The translations under genes and the position numbers were made by a program. 64,000 nucleotides of DNA from Marispirochaeta sp. (GTDB lineage Bacteria; Spirochaetota; Spirochaetia; JC444; Marispirochaetaceae): the NCBI GenBank assembly GCA_963676835.2, contig CAXXFF010000002.1:544001-608000 (forward strand), given 5' to 3'. The notes beneath the pieces were generated by a model. The model was not told the DNA's origin and did not search any database. It saw only the letters and a program-made list of their open reading frames with translations. Positions 47,069-57,358 of the stretch are shown here, piece after piece. The first letter of the stretch is position 1. The number at the start of each line of letters is the position of its first letter.

Positions 47069-48493
47069 GTGGTCAAAACGGGCTTTCCTACTATTCATTT
47101 CTACGACCAGGACTTTGTCGACCTCTATGACCGCACATGGGCATGGCTTGAAGAATTCTGGGGAAAAGGAAGCAAAAAAAACGGGCTTGAAGCACGATTT
47201 TTCAAATATCCCAACAGCGAAACGGTAAACCAGTTCGACGCATGTCTGTCGACCTTTTTTCTGGTATACAGCAATAAAGTATATCCCGCATCCCCCTCAC
47301 TGGATAATTTCTATCAGAAGCAGGAAGAGTCCGGCGCCATCCGTGGTGAATATAATGCGGAAACAGGGGAGCCGGTTCTTACCGACGAAAATCCCGAAGG
47401 TGCTGCTCCTCCGCTCTTTTCCTATGCAGAGTACAATCTCTACCATAAAGAGGGAAACAAGAAACGCCTCAAGGATATAATGCCCATACTGGAAAAGTAC
47501 TTTGACTGGCTGGAAACAACCTTCAGAGACGACACCGGGCTGTATGCTGTCCCTCTTTCAGCAACCTATATGATGAATGCCCCCCGGGAGGGGACCAAAT
47601 ATCCCGTGGACTTCAATACCCAGCAGGCAATCAATGCCCTCTATATGTCCGCCATCGGTGATGTTCTGAACGACAAGGAGATGAGCTTTAAATACAAGCG
47701 TCACTACTTCTCCCTGAAAACCAGAATCAACTCCCAGATGTGGAACGACGAAACAGGATTCTATCACGACCTGGATGCCGACCAGAATCGGCTGCCCCAG
47801 AAAACCATTGCCGGTTTCTGGCCTCTGCTGGCGGAAATTCCCAACGAAGACCGGGCCAACAGGATGATTGATCACCTGACCAACCCGGATACCTTCGGTG
47901 TGGAGAACCCCTTTCCAACCCTTTCTGCGGACGATCCCAACTTCTCCGAAGATGGAAACGGCTACAACGGCGGTGTTGTTCCGGCATTTACCTTTATGGT
48001 GGTAAAGGGACTGGAAAAATATGCCCGCTATGAGATGGCCCGGGAATGTGCGATCCGGCACCTCTATTATATGCTGGATACCCTCCATCCCGAAGGCAAG
48101 GAGAAGGGCAACATCTATGAAGCCTATTCTCCCCGCAAGGACGGTCCGGCCAAGTGGGAAGGAAATCCCGATTTTCCCCGCCCTCTCTATCTGGCCTATG
48201 CCGCCCTCTCTGCGGTAACCCTGATGATAGAAAATATCATCGGTCTGTATATCAGTCTGCCAAGAAAAACCGTGGACTGGATTATCCCCACCCTGGAAAT
48301 CATGGGCATAGAAGGACTTTCCCTTAAACGCAACATGATAACCATTCTGAGCAACAAGAGCGGCAGGGGCTGGGAAATCAGACTGGAATCAGAAAAACTC
48401 TATTACTTTACCATCAACATCCTGAGCGAGCGGAAAAAGAAAACCCTGCCTATTCCTTCGGGAAAATGCTCCATGTTGATCGACAAGCTGTAA
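47069..48493 (+). CDS. Trehalase/MGH1-like (alpha/alpha)6 glycoside hydrolase-family protein
   Basis: INSQMWNDETGFYHD, TIAGFWPLLA, PTLSADDP, IYEAYSP. Confidence 0.8.
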   Translation: MVKTGFPTIHFYDQDFVDLYDRTWAWLEEFWGKGSKKNGLEARFFKYPNSETVNQFDACLSTFFLVYSNKVYPASPSLDNFYQKQEESGAIRGEYNAETGEPVLTDENPEGAAPPLFSYAEYNLYHKEGNKKRLKDIMPILEKYFDWLETTFRDDTGLYAVPLSATYMMNAPREGTKYPVDFNTQQAINALYMSAIGDVLNDKEMSFKYKRHYFSLKTRINSQMWNDETGFYHDLDADQNRLPQKTIAGFWPLLAEIPNEDRANRMIDHLTNPDTFGVENPFPTLSADDPNFSEDGNGYNGGVVPAFTFMVVKGLEKYARYEMARECAIRHLYYMLDTLHPEGKEKGNIYEAYSPRKDGPAKWEGNPDFPRPLYLAYAALSAVTLMIENIIGLYISLPRKTVDWIIPTLEIMGIEGLSLKRNMITILSNKSGRGWEIRLESEKLYYFTINILSERKKKTLPIPSGKCSMLIDKL

Positions 48494-48505
48494 GCGGAGA
48501 CTTTC

Positions 48506-49279
48506 ATGGGTCTTTTCGGCAAGATAATCGGCGGAACCATAGGCCTCCTTATGGGAGGCCCCCTGGGAGCCATCGCCGGAGTTGCATTCGCACATGTCCT
48601 GGAACAGTCTCAGGATGCCGACCGCATCTCCGGCTCAAGCTATTTCCGAAACTACAACCGCCGCATGAGCACCACCGAGCATGCCCACATGACCTTCTAT
48701 GTCGGCGCGTTTTCTCTGCTGGCGAAGCTTGCCAAGGTGGACGGCGAAGTTTCCCATAATGAGGAACTTACCATCCGGCGCTTCATGAGTGATGAACTCC
48801 GCCTGGACCCTACCTCTCAATACACCGCACTGAAGATTTTCGATGCCGCCCTGGAATCCTCTGAAGATTACCGGGACATAGCCCGTCAGTTCTACCGGGG
48901 ATTCCGCGGCCAGCCTCAGCTCCTGGAACTTATGATCGATATTCTTTTCCGGGTGGCCGTCGCCGATGGTGGAGTAAGCAAAGCCGAAGGCGGCATGATT
49001 CTTAATATTGCCCGGATCTTCAACTTTCAGCAGTATCAGTACGACCGCATCAAAGAACGTTATGTTGCCAATACCAACAAATACTATGCAATTCTCAACT
49101 GTAATCATGAAGACAGCGACGAAGAGATAAAGAAATCCTACAGAAAGCTGGTACGGGAAAATCATCCCGATGTTATTGCATCAAAGGGTCTTCCCGATGA
49201 GTTTCAGAAGGTCGCTGCCGACAAGTTCCGCCAGATTCAGGATGCCTACGAACATATCCGCAAGGAACGGGGCTTTTAG
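48506..49279 (+). CDS. djlA: DjlA-like co-chaperone (TerB-like plus J domain)
   Basis: GKIIGGTIG...GGPLGA, AKVDGEVS, VAVADG, YRKLVRENHPD. Confidence 0.85.
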   Translation: MGLFGKIIGGTIGLLMGGPLGAIAGVAFAHVLEQSQDADRISGSSYFRNYNRRMSTTEHAHMTFYVGAFSLLAKLAKVDGEVSHNEELTIRRFMSDELRLDPTSQYTALKIFDAALESSEDYRDIARQFYRGFRGQPQLLELMIDILFRVAVADGGVSKAEGGMILNIARIFNFQQYQYDRIKERYVANTNKYYAILNCNHEDSDEEIKKSYRKLVRENHPDVIASKGLPDEFQKVAADKFRQIQDAYEHIRKERGF

Positions 49280-49417
49280 GCTCCCGACCAGCCGCACACC
49301 TTTTTACACATTATACATTGTTCAATATTCCATATTTATTATGCAGGTCTCTCAATTATTGTTTTCTCAAAACAGGTGTGGTAGTATTTGCAACGCATAT
49401 TAAAAGAAGAGGTCTCC

Positions 49418-50224
49418 ATGGCGCAGGAAGAAGAACATCCCTATCTGATGGAACATCATGATGAAGGGGCCAGACTTACCCGAAAAACAAAAAGGGAACG
49501 GGTTCTTGACCAGGCAGGCTGGGCAGGGCTGAAACCCGGCATGCGGCTTTTGGATGTAGGCTGCGGCGCAGGCTATACAACCTCTATTCTTGCGGAAATA
49601 ACCGAAAATGCCGAAGGTATGGATGTTTCAGCAGAGAGAATTGCTGATGCGCAACAGGAATATCCCGCCCTGAAATTTCATCAGAAAGATATCTACGGTT
49701 CGCTCTCGGATCTCGGCGGCTTCGATTTTATCTGGGTACGGTTTTTTCTTGAGTATCACCGCAAATCTTCGGCGGATATTATCCGAAATCTGTCTACTCT
49801 TTTAAACCCCGAGGGGATTCTCTGTATTGCCGAGCTGGATTATCACAGCATGAACCACTATCCCGTAAGCGACTCCATGGAAAAAGCCCTTCGGGGACTT
49901 TCTGAACATCTGCAGAAATATGCAGACTGGGATCCCTTTATCGGCCGGAAGATTTATACAGGAATGTATGACGCGGGACTTGCAGAGATAGAAGTACGCA
50001 TGGAACCCCATCATCTGCTCTACGGCTCAATGGAAACGGTTCAGGAAAATGACTGGCTCACCAAACTGAATGTCGCAGCATCCAAAAGCGGTTATCCCTT
50101 CAGTGAGTTTAATAACGGATATGACGGTTTTTACGAAGAGGCAAGCAGGCTGCTTACCAGTCCCAGGCGCTTCACTTACACCCCGTTAATACTGTGCCGG
50201 GGAATCAGGCAAGCTGCTCGTTAA
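49418..50224 (+). CDS. Class I SAM-dependent methyltransferase
   Basis: LLDVGCGAG, FDFIWVRFFLEY; ATG at 49418 follows a GAGG RBS. Confidence 0.85.
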   Translation: MAQEEEHPYLMEHHDEGARLTRKTKRERVLDQAGWAGLKPGMRLLDVGCGAGYTTSILAEITENAEGMDVSAERIADAQQEYPALKFHQKDIYGSLSDLGGFDFIWVRFFLEYHRKSSADIIRNLSTLLNPEGILCIAELDYHSMNHYPVSDSMEKALRGLSEHLQKYADWDPFIGRKIYTGMYDAGLAEIEVRMEPHHLLYGSMETVQENDWLTKLNVAASKSGYPFSEFNNGYDGFYEEASRLLTSPRRFTYTPLILCRGIRQAAR

Positions 50225-52154
50225 ATACCGCATCCACCGCAAGAAGCCGGGATTTCTTAAGGTATTGAAAAAAGGCCCCTATCACCCTTCTGTCCAGATG
50301 ATCATCCGCCTCCTGCATCAAAAGTTCCAGGGCCTCTTCGGCATGAAGGGGCTTTCGGTAGTGACGTTTCGACGTAATTGCATCGTAGAAATCCGCAACC
50401 GCGATAATCCGGGCGCCGATGGGAATGTTGTTACCTTTAAGTCCCTGTGGATACCCGTTGCCATCCAGCCGCTCATGATGAGAAGATGCCACCAGCGGAA
50501 CCTGGGTATAGATCCCATCAAAATTAATCTGATTAAGTATCTCCCGTGTCTTGGCTGCATGGGTTTTTATTATTGCAAACTCCTCCGGAGTCAGAGTTCC
50601 CTGTTTTTTAAGAATGGAATCCGGAACACCGATCTTTCCATAATCATGCAGAAGTGCTGCGATGCGGATCATCTCCTGAAACTCTTTATCGAGCCCCATT
50701 TCACGGCATATACCCACGCTGTATTCGGTAACCTGTTCTGAATGACCGGCGGTCAGATTATCCCTGGCGTCGATACTGGATGCAAGTATCTTGATTATAG
50801 ATTTAAACTGGCTTTCGCGGCCGGTAATCAGCTTGGCATTTTTAATGCTCATCCCTATTACCGAGGCAATACCCTTCAGCATATTCAAATCACTGCTTAA
50901 AAGGGGGCGTTTGCTTTCAAGATTGTCCACCGCCAGCACACCAAGGGATTCACCCTCCACAACTATGGGACAGCAGATAAAAGACTTGGTTTCCACCAGA
51001 CGGGCAAAGGCCATACTGTGGGCGGAAAGGTCATCTTCAATTTCGTTTATATCATTAATAAGGAAGGAGCGCTGATCCTTGAAGCTGACGACAAACGCCC
51101 CCCGGGAAGTTTCCTTGTTAAGATGAAACTGGGTATTTGTCAAAAGATCCAGATGCTCGCCGCTGTAGCCGAAGCCCGCCCGGAACTCAAGCAGTGCCCC
51201 GTCCTCATTGGCAAGCATGATCATGCCTCTGTCATAATGAAGCTGCCGTTCAAATATTGCGGCAATACTGGTCAACACATCATCAATGCGGGAATATTTG
51301 CTTATGGCCTCTCCAACCTCGTGGCTGACAGTTGTATTGTTGTAGTTGATCCTTGTCTGCAGTGCCAGATCTTCTGTGGACTGACGCAGCTCTTCCAGTG
51401 TTTCCGACAGAAGATTACTCTCCCGGTATTTTGCCAGCAGGGAAAGACCAAGAACAGCCACAACACTGCCGAGAACACTGAAGCTCCAGGTAAGAGGTGT
51501 CAACAGAGGAGCGCTGATACCGGCAAACAGAATGCTTGCAGCCATTACGATATTCCGCACCATTCTTAAGGGAAAATAGGCGTTACGCTCCCAGTGAATC
51601 CGGTAACGGCAGCTTTTACCGCCATTAAAGAGACACTCTGTATGCTCAATTCTGGGGAGACGCTGGGTAAAGGCAAGGGCGATTGATTCAAGAATACCCA
51701 GCCTGTTTTCACACTGATAGTGCTTCTCTTCTGCACCGGCCTTGGGCGTTACAGTTATTTCAACGGAAGAAACATCCAGTTTTTTTACCGTAAACTCCGA
51801 TGAACGGGTTATCATCGCTGAAGAGCGGTCGAGAATTGAATATGCCTGCATGGGACCGAGAAAGCTGGCAAAATAGCGCCGTATCAGCGACTGGGTTTCG
51901 GAGGCTGTAACAAAGCGGCCTGCTTCCCTGGCAATGGTAAGGTTTCTGGTCTGCTGGACAGTCTTCTCATAAAAGCGGTCGATCTGTTCCTGGGTAAACC
52001 AGTGACCGTCGTCCCGCACTTCGTAGGACTTCATATCGGCATGATCAAGAATCCTCACGATATCTACTTCGGGATACCGTTTTTCAAGAAACTTAACCCA
52101 TACCTGAATGTTACGACTGTTATATAGCTTATCGCTATCTAACCCTTCTCCCAT
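50205..52154 (-). CDS. HD-GYP phosphodiesterase with N-terminal sensor, TM and GAF domains
   Basis: TAGHS, LLHDYGKIG, HHERLDGNGYP, IIAVADFYDA. Confidence 0.9.
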   Translation of the reverse strand: MGEGLDSDKLYNSRNIQVWVKFLEKRYPEVDIVRILDHADMKSYEVRDDGHWFTQEQIDRFYEKTVQQTRNLTIAREAGRFVTASETQSLIRRYFASFLGPMQAYSILDRSSAMITRSSEFTVKKLDVSSVEITVTPKAGAEEKHYQCENRLGILESIALAFTQRLPRIEHTECLFNGGKSCRYRIHWERNAYFPLRMVRNIVMAASILFAGISAPLLTPLTWSFSVLGSVVAVLGLSLLAKYRESNLLSETLEELRQSTEDLALQTRINYNNTTVSHEVGEAISKYSRIDDVLTSIAAIFERQLHYDRGMIMLANEDGALLEFRAGFGYSGEHLDLLTNTQFHLNKETSRGAFVVSFKDQRSFLINDINEIEDDLSAHSMAFARLVETKSFICCPIVVEGESLGVLAVDNLESKRPLLSSDLNMLKGIASVIGMSIKNAKLITGRESQFKSIIKILASSIDARDNLTAGHSEQVTEYSVGICREMGLDKEFQEMIRIAALLHDYGKIGVPDSILKKQGTLTPEEFAIIKTHAAKTREILNQINFDGIYTQVPLVASSHHERLDGNGYPQGLKGNNIPIGARIIAVADFYDAITSKRHYRKPLHAEEALELLMQEADDHLDRRVIGAFFQYLKKSRLLAVDAVFNEQLA

Positions 52155-52165
52155 GGACCACTACC

Positions 52166-54238
52166 TCAAGACTGAACTTTATGCAGGACCGATTGAATAT
52201 GCTCGAAGTAGGTATCTCCAATTGCAATATCCATTATCCATGCTACGTAACTTTTCTCATAATCTACGTTCATCTTATCGGCAGAATCCTGGGGAAACAC
52301 GAGTACCGGCGATGCAGAATTTGCACCGTCTGCAGCAGCGGATGCCAGGGCTTTGCGCACAATATCCCGGCTTATCAGCTCGGGCTTGATTACAAACATC
52401 AGGATAGAGTTTGTCAGCTCGGAAAGATTAATTCCCGGATCCGAACAGTTTATCACAAAGACCGCGGTCAGGCGATTGTTGTGTTTCAGTGACCTGAGCT
52501 GCACATTTCTGGTAATACCGAGCTCTTTGTATGCCGCAGTAACACCGGCGTTGGTGCTTTCTATGCCCGCAAAGGGGGGCAAATGCATGGCTTCAAGGAG
52601 CAGTCCTCCGGAAACTCTGGAGTAAAACTCGTTCAGATGGATCATGTCCTCTCTGTCTGAAGCCTCAAGAGACCAGAGGGCATCATGTGAAAGGTCCTCA
52701 TCAGAGGAAGAAAGGGTACAATAGGCCATTTCATCCCCGGAGCAGATTCGCTTGTTATCCACATAATCTATAAGTCCACCGAAAACCCGGTGGGGAAAAC
52801 GGTTTTTACGCCGGTAGAAACACATCAGATAATCGATGTTCATCCGGGTAAAGCGGGAGGTATCATTCAGGTAGCTTCCAGCCTGATGCAGAACATGTAC
52901 TCCTGCATTTTCACTCTTTTCCACCGATGAAGCATGGTGGTGCAGCAGCCAGGTACGCTCATAAAAGCGTACCATGGAGAGATGTCCCTGAATCTTGTCT
53001 TCCCGCTGATAGATAAAATGGCGGGCCACGTTGTTTCTATCCTGGTAGAGCAGTTCAAAACTGCGGCGTATCTGGTCCCTGTTCTGCTGCAGAAAGGTAT
53101 ACTTCTCCGGATAGATAAATCCCGACTCAAAGAAGAAACGCCAGAGGGAATCGAGATCAACCTTTTTACAGAGGGTTGCATAGGTATTGTGAGCCTGGTG
53201 AACCAGTGACAGCAGAATCAGATGATCCCGGGGATCAATATTGAGAATACAGAGGCCGTAGCTGAACTTTTTCCCAACCTCATTCCGGCTGCAGTGTATA
53301 ACCTGGGCACGGACCTTCACACTGCTGTATTCGGCAAAGTGGAGGGTAACCTCATCGAGAATCAGTCCTACCGGAAGTATCGCACTGCGGTGTTCATCCT
53401 TGAAGGAAAATCCCGTCCCGGACATGTCCGTCAGACGCCGTTCCAGCACCCGTCCCGACAGGGGATGGACAAACTGGCAGCGGGGACTTGTCTGCAGTTC
53501 GCTGCGCTGGCTTCTGAACTGCCTGGAAGGAAAGCGTTGAATCTGGTTCCTGCTTACCTTCAGGGTAAATATTCTATCGCCGCCGTCATTGGATATGGTT
53601 GAAATACGGCAGGGCTCACTGAACAGAAGCCCGCCTTTTCGCTCCAGAAGCAGCATTAAATCCGCATTGCTGTTGAACCAGCGGCTGGCTTCAACCTCTG
53701 CACTGCGGACAATCAGCTCTTCCCGGGAAAAACTGATAAGACTGCCTCTTACCCGGATACCGCTTTGAATAATGGTTGCATCAATATTACCAGCGTCTTC
53801 CGGGCTTTCATGATCGTTTTCCAGCACCAGTGCCGTTTTGGGCAGAGCAAGGGAAATCCCCGAACCGCCGATAATAACCTCTTCGGGATAAATCAGTACC
53901 GTGGTGTCTTCATCTATTATGCGGAGATTGGAAACCTTGTACTGATTAATCCAGTCGAAGTCTTCTCCATCCTCATGTATGAACTCAAAATCGCAGTTTT
54001 CCCCTTTACAGATCTGGGGAATAGCCGAGACAAGGCGTACTGTATCGAATTCGGTCTGCCGGAATTCAAAAACAACCGGTTCCCGGCAGAAATTGAGGTG
54101 ATTCAGCTTGTTAACCAGATATTTACGGCGGAGTGTTCGGACAGCCTCTGTTGATTTCGTCTCTTCTGAAGAGTCAGAAACGGGGACAGAAAGGTCTAGA
54201 CCGGGAAAAAGGGATGTCTGTTCCTTCAAGTCTCCCAC
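52166..54238 (-). CDS. PilZ-domain-containing protein
   Basis: RQFRSQR and DMSGTG PilZ-type motifs. Confidence 0.7.
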   Translation of the reverse strand: MGDLKEQTSLFPGLDLSVPVSDSSEETKSTEAVRTLRRKYLVNKLNHLNFCREPVVFEFRQTEFDTVRLVSAIPQICKGENCDFEFIHEDGEDFDWINQYKVSNLRIIDEDTTVLIYPEEVIIGGSGISLALPKTALVLENDHESPEDAGNIDATIIQSGIRVRGSLISFSREELIVRSAEVEASRWFNSNADLMLLLERKGGLLFSEPCRISTISNDGGDRIFTLKVSRNQIQRFPSRQFRSQRSELQTSPRCQFVHPLSGRVLERRLTDMSGTGFSFKDEHRSAILPVGLILDEVTLHFAEYSSVKVRAQVIHCSRNEVGKKFSYGLCILNIDPRDHLILLSLVHQAHNTYATLCKKVDLDSLWRFFFESGFIYPEKYTFLQQNRDQIRRSFELLYQDRNNVARHFIYQREDKIQGHLSMVRFYERTWLLHHHASSVEKSENAGVHVLHQAGSYLNDTSRFTRMNIDYLMCFYRRKNRFPHRVFGGLIDYVDNKRICSGDEMAYCTLSSSDEDLSHDALWSLEASDREDMIHLNEFYSRVSGGLLLEAMHLPPFAGIESTNAGVTAAYKELGITRNVQLRSLKHNNRLTAVFVINCSDPGINLSELTNSILMFVIKPELISRDIVRKALASAAADGANSASPVLVFPQDSADKMNVDYEKSYVAWIMDIAIGDTYFEHIQSVLHKVQS

Positions 54239-54320
54239 TGGAGGTTTCTCCTTTTATGATAAGCACTGGTTGTAACTGATAGCAGTATATCAGAAAGAAC
54301 TTAAGCAATGTAAGTTATAT

Positions 54321-54908
54321 TTACATTTTTATACGGCCCTTCAAGGACCGTGCCAGGGTAAGGCGGTCTGCATATTCCAGATCGCCCCCCACAGGAAGAC
54401 CAGATGCAAGCCGTGAAACTGCCGCACCGGAATCCTTCAGCAGATTACCCAGATAAAGAGCGGTAGTATCCCCTTCCACCGTCGGATTGGTAGCCAGGAT
54501 AATCTCGTCAACCTCCCCCGAGGTAATTCGCTTCATCAGAGAGTCGATATTAAGATCAGAAGGCCCTACACCGTCGATGGGAGAAAGAGCGCCGCCCAAA
54601 ACATGATACAGTCCCTGGAACTCATGGGTGCCTTCTATGGTGGCCACATCCTGAGACTGTTCAACTACACAGATATTTCGCGTATCCCGCCTGGGATCGG
54701 TACAGAAATCGCAGGGGTCGGCCTCGGTAAATATTCCGCAGACCGAGCAGCGTCTGATCCTGCTCTTTAAGGTTGCAATCTGATCAGCCAGGGCTCGCAG
54801 ATATTCATCGTCACTGGATAACAGAGAATAGGCCATACGGGTGGCGCTTTTTTTCCCGACCCCGGGAAAGCGGGACAGACTGCGGATCAGCTGATCGAGA
54901 ACGGTCAT
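54321..54908 (-). CDS. recR: Recombination mediator RecR
   Basis: PGVGKKSATR, C4 zinc finger, TOPRIM ATNPTVEG, GGDLEYAD. Confidence 0.97.
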   Translation of the reverse strand: MTVLDQLIRSLSRFPGVGKKSATRMAYSLLSSDDEYLRALADQIATLKSRIRRCSVCGIFTEADPCDFCTDPRRDTRNICVVEQSQDVATIEGTHEFQGLYHVLGGALSPIDGVGPSDLNIDSLMKRITSGEVDEIILATNPTVEGDTTALYLGNLLKDSGAAVSRLASGLPVGGDLEYADRLTLARSLKGRIKM

Positions 54909-55225
54909 CAGCTTCCCATAAAGCCGGGAGGCATGGGCATTCCGCCGGTGAGGGAGGAAAACTCTTCCTGGATGGTCTCTTTTGCCCTGCTTATCGCATC
55001 GCTGAGGGCGGCACGAACCAGATCTTCCAGCATGGGAACATCCCGGTTATCCACAACGATGGGGTCAATCTTCACTTCGGTCACCATCATCTGGCCGTTG
55101 ACAGTTATCTTAACCATATCGCCGCCGGCAGTACCGGTTACGCTGATTTTGCCGAGCTTTTCCTGCATATCCTGCATGTTGCTCTGAAGTGACTGGAGGT
55201 TTTTTAACATTTCAAAGGGATTCAC
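54908..55225 (-). CDS. ybaB: YbaB/EbfC nucleoid-associated protein
   Basis: GTAGGDMVKITVNG...LEDLVRAA; dnaX-ybaB-recR synteny. Confidence 0.93.
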   Translation of the reverse strand: MNPFEMLKNLQSLQSNMQDMQEKLGKISVTGTAGGDMVKITVNGQMMVTEVKIDPIVVDNRDVPMLEDLVRAALSDAISRAKETIQEEFSSLTGGMPMPPGFMGS

Positions 55226-56766
55226 ACTGATCCTCCTCGTACTATTTCACCGCGGAAAACCTTCTGTACCAGGGCTACCTGGTCATCTTCCTCATGATGA
55301 ACTTCCGCCTCAGCTTCTACCTGGGTCTGCTGAATAAGTTCAACTTTAATACTCGCCTGGGTTCCGGAAAGGTCGTTCAACAGCTGAACAACCTCAGAAC
55401 CTTCTTTACGCAGAAGATTTGCAGAAAAGGAATCCTCAAAAGCAAGGGTTAAAACTGAATCGTGCAGAACCCAGCTGACTGCTTTTTCAAGCGCCGCCGC
55501 CAGAGTCAGTTTTTTTTTTCCCATCTCCTCAATTACTTCTGCCCGGTAAAAATCATTGCGGGGAGGTTCCGGGACTGACTCGGGTTCATTTTCTTCCGTT
55601 CCGGTGGTTATATTCAACTTGCCGCTTTTCAGTTCACTGCGCAGAGTATGAATCTGACCCAGAATCTCCCGGCTGTTGAGGTACTCATTCAGTGAACTCA
55701 AGCGGGATAGAAGCAGTTCAAGCTCAAAGCGCTGGTTCAGGGAATAACGCACATTCCGGTAGAGATCAAGCAGAAGACTCAAGGCATGCTCAAGCTGGGA
55801 GACAGTGAAGGTATCCCTGGCTGCGGCTGAAAACCGTTCGATACCACAGCCGAGAACGGTCTCCCGGTTTATGCCGGATTTAATAAATAGAAGGTTACGG
55901 AAATACTCTGCAAGATCCATGATAAGCTGCTCAACGGAAACACCGTTCATCATTATCTCGCCGCATTTGGCAAGTACCGCCTCAGCCTCTCCTGCGGCCA
56001 TGGAACTGACCATATCGGTAAGATCGTCCATGCCTACCAGTCCGAGTTTTTCCCGGATCTTTTCCAGGGTAATATGTCCGGCGGAAAAGGAGACAACCTG
56101 ATCCAGCAGTGTATATGCATCCCGCATTGATCCGGTAGCTTCTTTGGCTATCCAGAAAAGGGCATCATCATCGGCTTCAACCAAAAGCTCTTCCGAAACC
56201 TTCCTTAAAAGGTCCCGTATTACCTCAACAGTAACCAGACGGAAGTTAAACTGCTGACACCGGGAGCGGATGGTTGCAGGAACCTTATGTATTTCCGTGG
56301 TAGCAAATATAAAGACTATATAGGGAGGCGGTTCTTCAATGGTTTTCAAGAGCGCATTGAAGGCGCTGTTTGAAAGCATATGTACTTCGTCTATTATATA
56401 GACCTTGTAGCGGGAAGAGTTGGGAGCAAAAAGTACCTCGTCTTTTATTTCCCGTACATCATTTACCGAAGTATTGCTGGCACCGTCAATCTCTATAACA
56501 TCAAGAGAGTTACCCTTGCTTATCTCCAGACAGTTGGAACATTTGTTACAGGGTACCGCTGCGGGACCTTCGAGACAGTTAAGTGATTTTGCAAGAATTC
56601 GTGCTGCTGAGGTTTTACCCACTCCCCGGGGACCGGAGAACAGATAGGCGTGGGCTATACGGCCGGATTCAATCGAACTTTTCAGGGTGGAGACAACGAA
56701 CTCCTGTCCCGCCAGGTCATCAAAAGACTGCGGTCGTTTTCGCGTCGCCGTTACCTCGAAATCCAT
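55222..56766 (-). CDS. dnaX: DNA polymerase III subunit gamma/tau
   Basis: HAYLFSGPRGVGKTS, EIDGASN, IDEVHML, FNALLKTIEEPP, SRCQ. Confidence 0.97.
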   Translation of the reverse strand: MDFEVTATRKRPQSFDDLAGQEFVVSTLKSSIESGRIAHAYLFSGPRGVGKTSAARILAKSLNCLEGPAAVPCNKCSNCLEISKGNSLDVIEIDGASNTSVNDVREIKDEVLFAPNSSRYKVYIIDEVHMLSNSAFNALLKTIEEPPPYIVFIFATTEIHKVPATIRSRCQQFNFRLVTVEVIRDLLRKVSEELLVEADDDALFWIAKEATGSMRDAYTLLDQVVSFSAGHITLEKIREKLGLVGMDDLTDMVSSMAAGEAEAVLAKCGEIMMNGVSVEQLIMDLAEYFRNLLFIKSGINRETVLGCGIERFSAAARDTFTVSQLEHALSLLLDLYRNVRYSLNQRFELELLLSRLSSLNEYLNSREILGQIHTLRSELKSGKLNITTGTEENEPESVPEPPRNDFYRAEVIEEMGKKKLTLAAALEKAVSWVLHDSVLTLAFEDSFSANLLRKEGSEVVQLLNDLSGTQASIKVELIQQTQVEAEAEVHHEEDDQVALVQKVFRGEIVRGGSV

Positions 56767-56799
56767 AGACTCCCTACCGTTTCAGCTGAAGAAAAAGAA

Positions 56800-56924
56800 C
56801 CCCCCGGGCTCCGGCCAAGTGAGCTGCGGCTCACCGATCAGTCGCTTACCGCTGCTACCTTCCGGTCCTGACGGGGTTGGGCGATAACCGGTAGCACAGT
56901 ACCTGGCCATCAACGCCAGAGGGG
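56800..56924 (-). ncRNA. ffs: Signal recognition particle RNA (small)
   Basis: Minus strand CCCGTCAGGACCGGAAGGTAGCAGCGG domain IV; directly upstream of dnaX; ends approximate. Confidence 0.9.
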
Positions 56925-56930
56925 AAAATA

Positions 56931-57018
56931 CGGAGAGAGAGGGATTCGAACCCTCGGTGCCCGGTTAGAGCACACACGCTTTCCAAGCGTGCACCTTCGA
57001 CCGCTCGGTCATCTCTCC
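56931..57018 (-). tRNA. tRNA-Ser(GGA)
   Basis: Anticodon arm CACGC-TTGGAAA-GCGTG, long variable arm, GGTTCGAATCC. Confidence 0.95.
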
Positions 57019-57094
57019 ATACACAACTTTCTTTCCGGATTGATTAAAAGTGGATTCACCGGCCTTCGCCGCTTTCGAATCCTTCTCTTCCTTA

Positions 57095-57181
57095 CGGAGA
57101 GAGAGGGATTCGAACCCTCGGTACGGCACGCCGTACAACGGCTTTCGAGGCCGCCCGATTCAACCACTCTCGCATCTCTCC
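57095..57181 (-). tRNA. tRNA-Ser(CGA)
   Basis: GCGGC-CTCGAAA-GCCGT, long variable arm. Confidence 0.95.
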
Positions 57182-57189
57182 AGAGATAG

Positions 57190-57263
57190 CGTACCCAAGA
57201 GGACTCGAACCTCTGACCTTTAGGTCCGCAACCTAACGCTCTATCCAACTGAGCTATGGGTAC
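57190..57263 (-). tRNA. tRNA-Arg(GCG)
   Basis: TTAGG-TTGCGGA-CCTAA, GGTTCGAGTCC. Confidence 0.93.
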
Positions 57264-57271
57264 AATTAAAG

Positions 57272-57358
57272 CGGAGAGGGAGGGATTCGAACCCTCGGTG
57301 CAGTCACCCACACAACTCCTTAGCAGGGAGCCCGATTCGACCACTCTCGCACCTCTCC
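57272..57358 (-). tRNA. tRNA-Ser(GCT)
   Basis: GCTCC-CTGCTAA-GGAGT, long variable arm. Confidence 0.95.
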
